DNA of 8,943 nucleotides from a virus (Duplodnaviria > Heunggongvirae > Uroviricota > Caudoviricetes). The stretch's first letter is position 1. The number at the start of each line of letters is the position of its first letter. The notes beneath the pieces are model-generated. The model did not search any database and had not been told where the DNA came from. It worked only from the letters and a program-made list of their open reading frames with translations. Positions 1 to 6,764 of the stretch are shown piece by piece. Where the stretch lies: positions 1 to 8,943 of the IMG/VR virus record IMGVR_UViG_2563366853_000003; one strand, written 5' to 3'. A program made the translations under genes and the position numbers.

Positions 1-456
1 CGTGCGCTGCTGTTAAGCCGCAAGAATCCGTTTGGCGATATCAAATCGGATGGCACCGTGAAAACGGCTCTCGAAAACCTTGGTTTGGGAGAAGCGGCAA
101 AACGGGATGTGGGTAACGGGCAAAACCAAATTCCTGATATGTCAGCGTGGGAGTGTGGGGGAGATACAACGACGGGATGGAGACGAAGCCCGGATGGTTA
201 TATTGAACAATGGGGGCTAACTGAGGCCACAACAAATGAAGTTTTGATTAATTTTCCTATCCCATTTCCGACAGCCGTCATTTCTATTAATGAACATGAC
301 CAGGCTCCTGTGGCAGGGAAAATGTCAGTATGGCAATTCTATAAATTGACTAACTCAAATGTCATAGCAGAGAACCTGGGATCTCTTGATAAAGGAAATC
401 CATCCTTCAATGTTCCAACTGTCGCTGGTTGCCGCTGGTTTGCTACAGGAAGATAA
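1..456 (+). CDS. phage tail fiber protein, C-terminal part (5' end lies outside the window); variable host-range portion after the crossover site
   Basis: Frame 1 is open from base 1 to TAA at 454-456. Translation ...KNPFGDIKSDGTVKTALENLGLGE... resembles the constant/variable junction of Mu S / P1 S / e14 Stf type tail fibers. The crossover site at 68-93 lies in frame (GLGE). Confidence 0.8.
   Translation, partial: RALLLSRKNPFGDIKSDGTVKTALENLGLGEAAKRDVGNGQNQIPDMSAWECGGDTTTGWRRSPDGYIEQWGLTEATTNEVLINFPIPFPTAVISINEHDQAPVAGKMSVWQFYKLTNSNVIAENLGSLDKGNPSFNVPTVAGCRWFATGR
68..93. other. left crossover site for the DNA invertase (gix/hix/pix-like 26-bp imperfect palindrome)
   Basis: CTCTCGAAAACC-TT-GGTTTGGGAGAA. 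The inner half GGTTTGGGAGAA is the exact reverse complement of TTCTCCCAAACC at 1940-1951. The A-rich ...AAAACC TT GGTTT... core is as in Hin/Gin sites. Confidence 0.6.
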
Positions 457-457
457 A

Positions 458-898
458 ATGAGTAAATATCTTTACGATGCAAAAACTAATATGTTTTACC
501 CATTTACTCTGGAAAGTCAGTATAAGGAGTCTGGGTTATGGCCTCATAATGGAGTTGAAGTTGATGAGGATATATTTATTAAGTACCTGTCCCCACCTCC
601 AGGGAAGGTGAGAGTTGCGGGTGATGATGGCTATCCTGCATGGGATGACGTACCGCCGCTAACTCATGAAGAACAACTGTCAGAAGCGGAACGAAAAAAA
701 CAGGCACTCATAAATCGAGTTAATGAATATATTAACAGTAAGCAGTGGCCAGGAAAGGCTGCTATTGGTCGTCTGAAAGGTGAGGAGCTGGCGCAATATA
801 ATTCATGGCTTGATTATCTGGACGCACTGGAAATGGTTGATATTTCCAGTGCTCCAGATATTGAATGGCCTACGCCTCCGGCAGTTCAGGCCAGATGA
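458..898 (+). CDS. tail fiber assembly protein (Tfa chaperone), active-orientation copy
   Basis: ATG at 458, 1 nt after the tail-fiber stop, with SD GGAAG at 448-452. Product MSKYLYDAKTNMFYPF... ends with the conserved Tfa C-terminus (...APDIEWPTPP...). The longer ORF from 386 overlaps the tail-fiber gene and is not the start. Confidence 0.8.
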   Translation: MSKYLYDAKTNMFYPFTLESQYKESGLWPHNGVEVDEDIFIKYLSPPPGKVRVAGDDGYPAWDDVPPLTHEEQLSEAERKKQALINRVNEYINSKQWPGKAAIGRLKGEELAQYNSWLDYLDALEMVDISSAPDIEWPTPPAVQAR

Positions 899-1472
899 CG
901 TCCGGCGCGGTGCTGGTATCTGTTGCCGTCACCGCGTCAATGTAATCCAGCACAGCGTTAAGTCTGGTTGTTTCTGCCTGCGTCGGTTTACGTCCGGCCT
1001 GCAATTTCAGTTGAATCAGACTGATGGAAGCCATTGCTGCATCAATCAGTGACTGGCGCTGTGCTTCTGCCGCTTCTACTGCGGCACCGTGTTGTGCCTC
1101 AGTATCTGTCACCCATTTTTCACCATCCCATTTATCGTATGGCGTTAACGGGGCGATAGTGGTTGTATTTTCGGGATAGTCGCCTAGTGCTGTGATTTCT
1201 TTGGCATCTCCCGTTTCGGTGTTATAGACGATTTCACCGCGATGGTCTGACACATATTCCCATGATTTTAAATCCACAGAACGGCAAATTGTATAACCAG
1301 CCTTAGATGTACCAGGAGCGTCTAAACAGGAATATGCTGGAATACCGACACCCACTGCAAGATATTCAGTTGATGCAGAAATATATTCCCGCGTCTCACC
1401 ATCATAGTTATAGACGGTAATATTCCCCGCCTTCGTGGTAATAAGCTCGCTATTTAATACGGCGTTATCCAT
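870..1472 (-). CDS. tail fiber assembly protein, alternate copy (Tfa') in the invertible segment
   Basis: 200-aa ORF MDNAVLNSELITTKAGN... with the Tfa-like C-terminus ...APDVIWPELPEA. Its 3' end overlaps the + strand tfa 3' end by 29 bp (870-898). Start overlaps the upstream stop (TAATG) and has a GAGGG SD. Confidence 0.8.
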   Translation of the reverse strand: MDNAVLNSELITTKAGNITVYNYDGETREYISASTEYLAVGVGIPAYSCLDAPGTSKAGYTICRSVDLKSWEYVSDHRGEIVYNTETGDAKEITALGDYPENTTTIAPLTPYDKWDGEKWVTDTEAQHGAAVEAAEAQRQSLIDAAMASISLIQLKLQAGRKPTQAETTRLNAVLDYIDAVTATDTSTAPDVIWPELPEA

Positions 1473-1953
1473 TATGCAGCCCTCACGATATAGTTAAATG
1501 CAATATTTCGTGGACGGGTTTCACTCCCGCCAGTATTACCGATACTCCCTCGTGAATGAAGTGTCGGTGATGGGATCAGACTTCCTCCGGCAGCGGCAGC
1601 ATCAAGCCCCCTGCCTTGCGTATATGCTCTTCTGAAGATTGTCGCCAGTTCCCATTCCTCTTTTGAGTCATACCCATCGTTGGCGACAACAGGATGACGG
1701 TGCTTTTCCAGCATTCCGGCCTGAATACTCAATAAAACACGTCCTGCATCAATACCGCGCCCGTCATCCCAGCCACGAATAAACTCACCGCGTAAATCAG
1801 GTAATTTATTTGTTGGATAAGCCTTTGCCAGTTCCGGGTATTCTTCAGCAGAAAATGCCGCACCGTTGCATTTCAGCCAGCCTGTTGGCGGTGTGGCTGA
1901 AGGCCATGGAACAGGCACACCAACAGGTAATGCAGAGCCTTCTCCCAAACCAA
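1472..1953 (-). CDS. alternative tail-fiber C-terminal variable segment (no start codon of its own; would be fused to the constant part after inversion)
   Basis: Open frame on - runs from the right crossover site (codons GLGE encoded by 1940-1951, in frame) to the stop at 1472-1474. Sequence ...GSALPVGVPVPWPSATPPTGWLKCNGAAFSAEEYPELAKAY... is typical of a tail-fiber receptor-binding tip. The ORF-track start MMPFAC is read-through into the site. Confidence 0.65.
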
Positions 1954-1965
1954 CGTTTATGAAAA
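1940..1965. other. right crossover site for the DNA invertase
   Basis: TTCTCCCAAACC-AA-CGTTTATGAAAA, inverted relative to the site at 68-93 and sharing a perfect 12-bp half. Confidence 0.6.
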
Positions 1966-2019
1966 TGAAGAAATAACAAGCAAATGGCATCATTCCTGCT
2001 TTTACCAGGGGGAATTAAC

Positions 2020-2574
2020 ATGCTTATTGGCTATGTACGTGTATCAACAAATGACCAGAATACCGATCTACAACGTAATGCGCTGAACTGTGCAGGATGT
2101 GAGCTGATTTTTGAAGACAAGATAAGCGGTACAAAGTCCGACAGACCAGGACTGAAAAAGCTGCTCAGGACATTATCGGCAGGTGACACGCTGGTGGTCT
2201 GGAAACTGGACCGACTGGGGCGCAGTATGCGGCATCTTGTCGTGCTGGTGGAGGAGTTGCGCGAACGAGGCATCAACTTTCGTAGTCTGACGGATTCAAT
2301 TGATACCAGTACCCCAATGGGGCGCTTTTTCTTTCATGTGATGGGTGCCCTGGCTGAAATGGAGCGTGAACTGATTGTTGAACGAACAAAAGCTGGACTG
2401 GAAGCTGCTCGCGCACAGGGACGAATTGGTGGACGTCGCCCCAAACTTACACCAGAACAATGGGAGCAGGCCGGACGATTAATTGCAGCAGGAATTCCTC
2501 GCCAGAAGGTAGCGATCATCTATGATGTTGGTGTATCGACACTGTATAAGATGTTTCCGGTCGGAGATAAATGA
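2020..2574 (+). CDS. serine DNA invertase, Pin/Gin/Cin/Hin family
   Basis: ATG at 2020 with SD GGGGGAA at 2008-2014. Product MLIGYVRVSTNDQNTDLQRNAL...GDTLVVWKLDRLGRSM...GINFRSLTDSIDT...MGRFFFHVMGALAEMERELI...GRIGGRRPKL... matches the resolvase/invertase catalytic domain (active-site Ser in YVRVST) and C-terminal HTH. The ORF-track start at 1984 is upstream of the SD-linked ATG. Confidence 0.9.
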   Translation: MLIGYVRVSTNDQNTDLQRNALNCAGCELIFEDKISGTKSDRPGLKKLLRTLSAGDTLVVWKLDRLGRSMRHLVVLVEELRERGINFRSLTDSIDTSTPMGRFFFHVMGALAEMERELIVERTKAGLEAARAQGRIGGRRPKLTPEQWEQAGRLIAAGIPRQKVAIIYDVGVSTLYKMFPVGDK

Positions 2575-2576
2575 AA

Positions 2577-2610
2577 CCGCAGGCTCGTCGTATGCAAGAT
2601 CGTGCTGCGG
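2577..2610. repeat. 34-bp dyad-symmetric repeat, copy A (possible bidirectional terminator between the convergent invertase and GIY-YIG genes)
   Basis: CCGCAGGCTCGTCGTATGCAAGATCGTGCTGCGG. Arms CCGCAG / CTGCGG are flanked by T-rich sequence on both strands. By eye about 28/34 identical to copies at 3598-3631 and 6268-6301. Confidence 0.45.
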
Positions 2611-2632
2611 TTTATGCTTATCACTTAAAGAC

Positions 2633-3502
<870 letters not shown>

Positions 3503-3597
3503 CTAATCCTTTGAATTTACATAGTAAAAAAAGATACTTTTCCTCATAGTGTGAGCTAATTTTATGTTTCGTTTGATGATCGGACCGGTCTCAAAAA

Positions 3598-3675
3598 CCG
3601 CAGGCACGTTGTATGCAAGAACGTGCTGTGGCTGGCTGGTGAACTTCCAATAGTGCGAATATTGAATGATGTCCA
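3598..3675. repeat. repeat copy B (34-bp core plus about 45-bp extension shared with copy C)
   Basis: Core CCGCAGGCACGTTGTATGCAAGAACGTGCTGTGG. The extension GCTGGCTGGTGAACTTCCAATAGTGCGAATATTGAATGATGTCCA aligns without gaps to 6301-6345 with about 7 mismatches. Confidence 0.5.
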
Positions 3676-3794
3676 GCCGTTACCGTTTTTACGTGTTTAT
3701 TAGTGAACAAACCACTCGTCAGCAGACTCCTAGGTATGAACAAAAGTTTTAGCTGAAACTCTATCTGTGGTGCGCGTAACAGAAGTGTAATAAA

Positions 3795-3813
3795 AGGCCC
3801 TAGAAAAGGGCCT
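3795..3813 (-). terminator. putative Rho-independent terminator (- strand)
   Basis: Perfect 7-bp stem AGGCCCT / AGGGCCT with a 5-nt loop, followed on the - strand by TTTATTA. Sits 15 bp downstream of the small ORF stop. Confidence 0.5.
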
Positions 3814-3827
3814 AAGATTAGCAAAGA

Positions 3828-3971
3828 TTATCCTCGATACTTAGAGGCAGGAATTTTGATAGGAAAGGCTGCCAAGCCTTTTTGACGAGCAAAGATCCGT
3901 TTACCTTTGACCGTAATAAAAGGACGGTAAATTGTGATGTATTCCTCAGATACAGCTTTTTCAATGGTCAT
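3828..3971 (-). CDS. small hypothetical protein (47 aa)
   Basis: ATG at 3971 to TAA at 3828-3830: MTIEKAVSEEYITIYRPFITVKGKRIFARQKGLAAFPIKIPASKYRG. Followed by the hairpin terminator. Below the ORF-track size cutoff; SD is weak (AGGT). Confidence 0.35.
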   Translation of the reverse strand: MTIEKAVSEEYITIYRPFITVKGKRIFARQKGLAAFPIKIPASKYRG

Positions 3972-3997
3972 ATCGTGTTACCTGTAAAGTTTCGCTG

Positions 3998-4025
3998 TTG
4001 ACAAAACCTAAGGTAAGCGTATACT
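3998..4025 (+). promoter_or_regulatory. sigma70-type promoter (-35 TTGACA, 16-bp spacer, -10 TATACT)
   Basis: Consensus -35 at 3998-4003 and near-consensus -10 at 4020-4025. No protein-coding ORF with a start follows; a terminator lies about 45 bp downstream. Confidence 0.5.
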
Positions 4026-4031
4026 CACAAC

Positions 4032-4094
4032 CGCCAAGTTTTTCGTATTTGCTTACGATAGGAGAAGCCAGCGACAGCGGTTCGCTGGCTTTTT
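4032..4094 (+). ncRNA. candidate small RNA (about 60-65 nt) between promoter and terminator, convergent with the ImmA-like gene 3' end
   Basis: Delimited by the 3998-4025 promoter and the 4067-4094 intrinsic terminator. No start codon in the interval. Confidence 0.3.
4067..4094 (+). terminator. Rho-independent terminator (+ strand)
   Basis: Stem GCCAGCGA / TCGCTGGC (8 bp) with a 7-nt loop, followed by TTTTT. Ends 2 bp before the ImmA-like stop codon on the opposite strand. Confidence 0.55.
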
Positions 4095-4096
4095 CG

Positions 4097-4630
4097 TTAT
4101 CTTTTTGCATTTTTTCTCATCCAAGTTTCAGCCGCTTGTTGACTGACACCAAATGTTTTGCTTATATCTTCAACAGTCATTGTGGGCAAAACTAGTCTTG
4201 AGTCAATTAAGAAGTGGCTTGCAAAAACATCTGCTTGCCATTCGCTGTCTTCATAGATTTTATGCCCTCCACTAGTCTTATTACGTGCATAGATACTTTG
4301 ATTGCGATGCATGACTAAATGACCAAGTTCATGCGCAACAGTGAATCTCGCATGGTTCTCACCATTGCACACTGCATCGTAAACAGATCGCTGTAAAACA
4401 ATTTTGTTCTTATCTGGATAAGTCACTGCATAGCGTTTGGGCAGTTCATGATCTTCAACAATTTCTAGCTCAATGCTTTCTGAGGCCATAAGACCTTCTA
4501 GTAATACATCCAGTCTCAGATATGTGTGATTTGATATCTGAAGAACGTCTCTCAGACGATGAGCGTATGATTTAATCATGCTGGTGCTGAGAGGTGAAAC
4601 GCGATGGCCAAGTTCTCGTTTCGCAATCAT
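4097..4630 (-). CDS. ImmA/IrrE-family Zn-metallopeptidase (HEXXH; COG2856-like)
   Basis: 177 aa with the HEXXH motif (HELGHLVMH) and downstream ...SEWQADVFASHFL.... Its ATG sits 3 nt after the stop of the upstream XRE gene, so the two are likely cotranscribed. Confidence 0.8.
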   Translation of the reverse strand: MIAKRELGHRVSPLSTSMIKSYAHRLRDVLQISNHTYLRLDVLLEGLMASESIELEIVEDHELPKRYAVTYPDKNKIVLQRSVYDAVCNGENHARFTVAHELGHLVMHRNQSIYARNKTSGGHKIYEDSEWQADVFASHFLIDSRLVLPTMTVEDISKTFGVSQQAAETWMRKNAKR

Positions 4631-4633
4631 TAT

Positions 4634-4984
4634 TCAGTCCTTTAACATTTTATTAAGCTTATCGAGTTGCTCTGGACTCAGGTCCTTAAATTTACGAGCA
4701 AAAACAAGCATTAGTTCTTTGTTCTGCTCATTTGCATCCGACATATCAACCTTAATGGACGGTTGAGAAATCTCTGCCTGTTTCTTGAGATTGATGATGT
4801 CTTGTCCGCTAAGCTCAAAAGTTGTTGCAATCGTATTTACTAATGAGTCCGGTATAGCTCTTTTGCCTAATTCAATGGCGGATAAGTAAGCCGAACTAAC
4901 GCCTAACAGATCAGCCATATTTTTGAGCACCATACCCCGGTCTATTCTCATTTTTCTGAGAGTCTTACCAAAGCTAGTTACCAT
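4634..4984 (-). CDS. XRE-family helix-turn-helix transcriptional regulator
   Basis: Start ATG at 4984 preceded by a perfect SD AGGAGG with a 6-nt spacer. HTH_XRE signature LRKMRIDRGMVLKNMADLLGVSSAYLSAIELGKR. The ORF-track start at 5011 is a GTG upstream of the SD. Confidence 0.8.
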   Translation of the reverse strand: MVTSFGKTLRKMRIDRGMVLKNMADLLGVSSAYLSAIELGKRAIPDSLVNTIATTFELSGQDIINLKKQAEISQPSIKVDMSDANEQNKELMLVFARKFKDLSPEQLDKLNKMLKD

Positions 4985-5010
4985 GTTGCGCCTCCTACAA
5001 TCCATGCTCA

Positions 5011-5039
5011 CTTATACTAAAAACCAAACTCAAGATCAA
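5011..5039 (-). promoter_or_regulatory. putative sigma70 promoter for the XRE/ImmA operon (-35 TTGATC, 17-bp spacer, -10 TATAAG)
   Basis: Hexamers read on the - strand, placed about 20-30 nt upstream of the XRE SD. Confidence 0.4.
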
Positions 5040-5266
5040 CAAAAATTGTAGAATTTTTTAATCTCAGCGTGTGATGACAATCTACATAAAATCATGAAAT
5101 GGTGCAAGGCGTAACTTAAAAAATACCATATGTAGTGTCAATTTTATGTGCTGTATGGATATATGGGGTTGGTAAACTTTTGCTCTTTTGTGCTCCTCAG
5201 CTATATGGTTGTTTGATTTTTGAACATCTTGTGGAACATAAATTGGGTTTATGCTTTTCCCTTTCG

Positions 5267-5294
5267 GTGACAACATGTTTATAGGATGTATAAT
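5267..5294 (+). promoter_or_regulatory. putative sigma70 promoter for the Bro-N gene (-35 GTGACA, 16-bp spacer, -10 TATAAT)
   Basis: Perfect -10 hexamer at 5289-5294, followed by SD AGGAGG at 5305-5310 and GTG start at 5318. Confidence 0.5.
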
Positions 5295-5317
5295 CCATAA
5301 AAAAAGGAGGGGATGGC

Positions 5318-6079
5318 GTGCAAAAGAATTTGTTACAATTATGCTACGAAGGAGAGTGTGGAGAAAATTATATCCGTAGCATGAATGAAAAAGGGCAGAT
5401 TTTTGTTTCACTTTCAGATGTGCTAAGAACGCTTTCTGCTGAGAACAGAAAACTGGATGGAAAGACTTCTCAAAGCTTGCTCACTGTAATAAGAGCGGTA
5501 ATAAAAACTTTAGATCCAGATGAGTTTAGGAATGTTTCTCTTGTCGTGGATGGTGAAACTATCTCTGAGGTATTTCTTACTGAACCAGGTCTATATAGAG
5601 TACTTGCTCAGGATACTACTGCTGCGGGGAAAAAATTCCAACGCTGGCTTTTTCATCAGGTCCTTCCGTCTATTCGTGAATTTGGTGTATATCCTCCGCC
5701 ACCTAAGCAAGAACGTTCAGAACTGAGTGCTTTTGCTAACAGTCTGCAGCAGACGGTTCAAGCATTGGTAATGGAAATAGAAAAACGTGAAGAGTTAGAA
5801 AGTAGAGTAAACCAAGTTGAACTAAAAGTTAACTCGTTAGAAAGTTTAAGAGATTTGTCTCAGTTCAGAAGTGTTCCTCAACGATTGATGGAGTTAGGTT
5901 TGGATACCTATTCGGTTGAGGAGCTTTGGCAATGGTGTGAAAAATTGCGTAGTGAACGTGGAGCAGAAAGAATTAAGTGCCCCTCCGGATTGAATATAAA
6001 TTCTTGCTATCCATTAGCTTTGGTTGATGAAGCTATCGCTATATACCAGAAAGTAGTTGAGGCAAGAACACGTCAGTGA
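5318..6079 (+). CDS. Bro-N domain protein (phage antirepressor-like) with a predicted coiled-coil C-terminal region
   Basis: GTG start 7 nt after SD AGGAGG. The N-terminal half (...IFVSLSDVLRTL...GLYRVLAQDTTAAGKKFQRWLFHQVLPSIREFGVY) matches the Bro-N signature; the C-terminal half is heptad-like (EIEKREELESRVNQVELKVNSLESL). Confidence 0.75.
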   Translation: MQKNLLQLCYEGECGENYIRSMNEKGQIFVSLSDVLRTLSAENRKLDGKTSQSLLTVIRAVIKTLDPDEFRNVSLVVDGETISEVFLTEPGLYRVLAQDTTAAGKKFQRWLFHQVLPSIREFGVYPPPPKQERSELSAFANSLQQTVQALVMEIEKREELESRVNQVELKVNSLESLRDLSQFRSVPQRLMELGLDTYSVEELWQWCEKLRSERGAERIKCPSGLNINSCYPLALVDEAIAIYQKVVEARTRQ

Positions 6080-6088
6080 GCTTGAGGG

Positions 6089-6118
6089 AAAAAAAAGCCC
6101 GCATAAGCGGGCTTTTTT
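6089..6118 (+). terminator. strong Rho-independent terminator (bidirectional shape)
   Basis: AAAAAAAA-GCCCGC-ATAA-GCGGGC-TTTTTT, starting 10 bp after the Bro-N stop. Confidence 0.8.
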
Positions 6119-6243
6119 ATCACTCGGGAGCTGCGGCTCCTTTGCGTATCCTTTTTTGTCTCCTCACCGTCTGGTCGGTGTCCTGCTGAGACTGCTAACA
6201 TCCTGTTTTTGTTGGTGTTGTCCTTACACCGTCCAATCATGAT

Positions 6244-6271
6244 TGGTGGAGCTGGCGGGAGTTGAACCCGC
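6244..6271 (-). other. ssrA (tmRNA) 3'-end fragment, att-site-like scar
   Basis: Reverse complement reads GCGGGTTCAACTCCCGCCAGCTCCACCA (T-arm, acceptor 3' strand, CCA), which I recall as the terminal 28 nt of enterobacterial tmRNA. No upstream tmRNA body is present. Confidence 0.55.
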
Positions 6272-6345
6272 TGACACGTCGTATGCAAGAACTTGCTGCG
6301 GCTGGATGGTGGACTTTCGATAGTGCGAGTATTGAATGATTTCCA
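6268..6345. repeat. repeat copy C (34-bp core plus about 45-bp extension), directly abutting the ssrA fragment
   Basis: Core CCGCTGACACGTCGTATGCAAGAACTTGCTGCGG, then GCTGGATGGTGGACTTTCGATAGTGCGAGTATTGAATGATTTCCA. Overlaps the ssrA fragment by 4 nt. Confidence 0.5.
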
Positions 6346-6764
6346 TCTATTATAGATTTTACCGTATTTCGGCATGAATGAAACTGAATATCCTCCCACC
6401 GACCCTCCATGACTTTACACCACTGTCTCTGGGGCTGCTATGTGCCAAAAGCGGACATAACGACACGTTAGTTAGAAATCTCAAGACCAATTAGGTTGGA
6501 TACTTACATGTATACTATTGCCTAACGATACTACCCTATCAACCTCATGGTTTATAGGCGGGGGTGAGAGCCAATCGAACGCTATCGTACGTTTTTATGC
6601 TGTCTACCCTAGACCCCAAGTAGACATGAATCTTACCTGATTTCCATACGAGGGCGACGTTGATCATCCAGCTTTAGTGCGAGCACTGAACTTAACATTT
6701 ACCAGCAATAGTGATATTTTCTACAAAGAAAAATATATGGAATAACGTCATCGCGGGTACAAAA

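Larger units (their letters stand above)
80..1953. mobile_element. invertible tail-fiber host-range segment (G-segment / P-region-like), about 1.87 kb
   Basis: Bounded by inverted 26-bp sites at 68-93 and 1940-1965. Contains two convergent tfa genes and two alternative tail-fiber C-termini on opposite strands. A serine invertase gene is immediately adjacent. Confidence 0.65.

Noticed and set aside
41-235. 64-aa - strand ORF inside the tail-fiber gene
   Set aside because: Antisense to a well-supported CDS and crosses the recombination site; no start context.
386-457. Upstream extension of the tfa ORF (MIKEIHPSMF...) as given in the ORF track
   Set aside because: It overlaps the tail-fiber gene in another frame; the ATG at 458 has an SD and sits 1 nt after the tail-fiber stop, so the extension is read-through ORF-track artefact.
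780-1052. 90-aa + strand ORF spanning the tfa / tfa' overlap
   Set aside because: Lies entirely within the two Tfa genes in an alternative frame, with a Cys/Arg-rich low-complexity translation and no SD.
2031-2519. Two - strand ORFs (2031-2276 and 2334-2519) antisense to the invertase gene
   Set aside because: Both are Ser/Arg-rich antisense shadows of the invertase coding sequence.
3591-3824. 77-aa - strand ORF across repeat copy B
   Set aside because: Covers the repeat and the hairpin terminator, has a low-complexity Leu/Pro-rich translation and no SD.
3998-4195. 65-aa + strand ORF starting at the -35 hexamer
   Set aside because: Its first codon lies inside the promoter and it reads through a strong intrinsic terminator into the antisense of the ImmA-like gene.
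4578-4766. 62-aa + strand ORF antisense to the XRE / ImmA junction
   Set aside because: Antisense overlap with two well-supported, coupled genes; no promoter or SD.
5082-5411. 109-aa - strand ORF in the divergent promoter region
   Set aside because: Occupies the promoter and SD region of the Bro-N gene and overlaps its start; more parsimonious as regulatory DNA.
5520-5726. 68-aa + strand ORF inside the Bro-N gene in another frame
   Set aside because: Internal alternative-frame ORF of a CDS with clear domain signal.
6244-6330. Intact tRNA or tmRNA gene on the - strand
   Set aside because: Only the T-arm and acceptor 3' strand are present; no complementary acceptor 5' strand, D-arm or tmRNA body upstream.
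6057-6399. ORFs 6057-6242 (+) and 6073-6399 (-) across the terminator, ssrA fragment and repeat C
   Set aside because: They span a strong terminator hairpin and the att-like scar; the sequence is better explained as RNA and repeat features.
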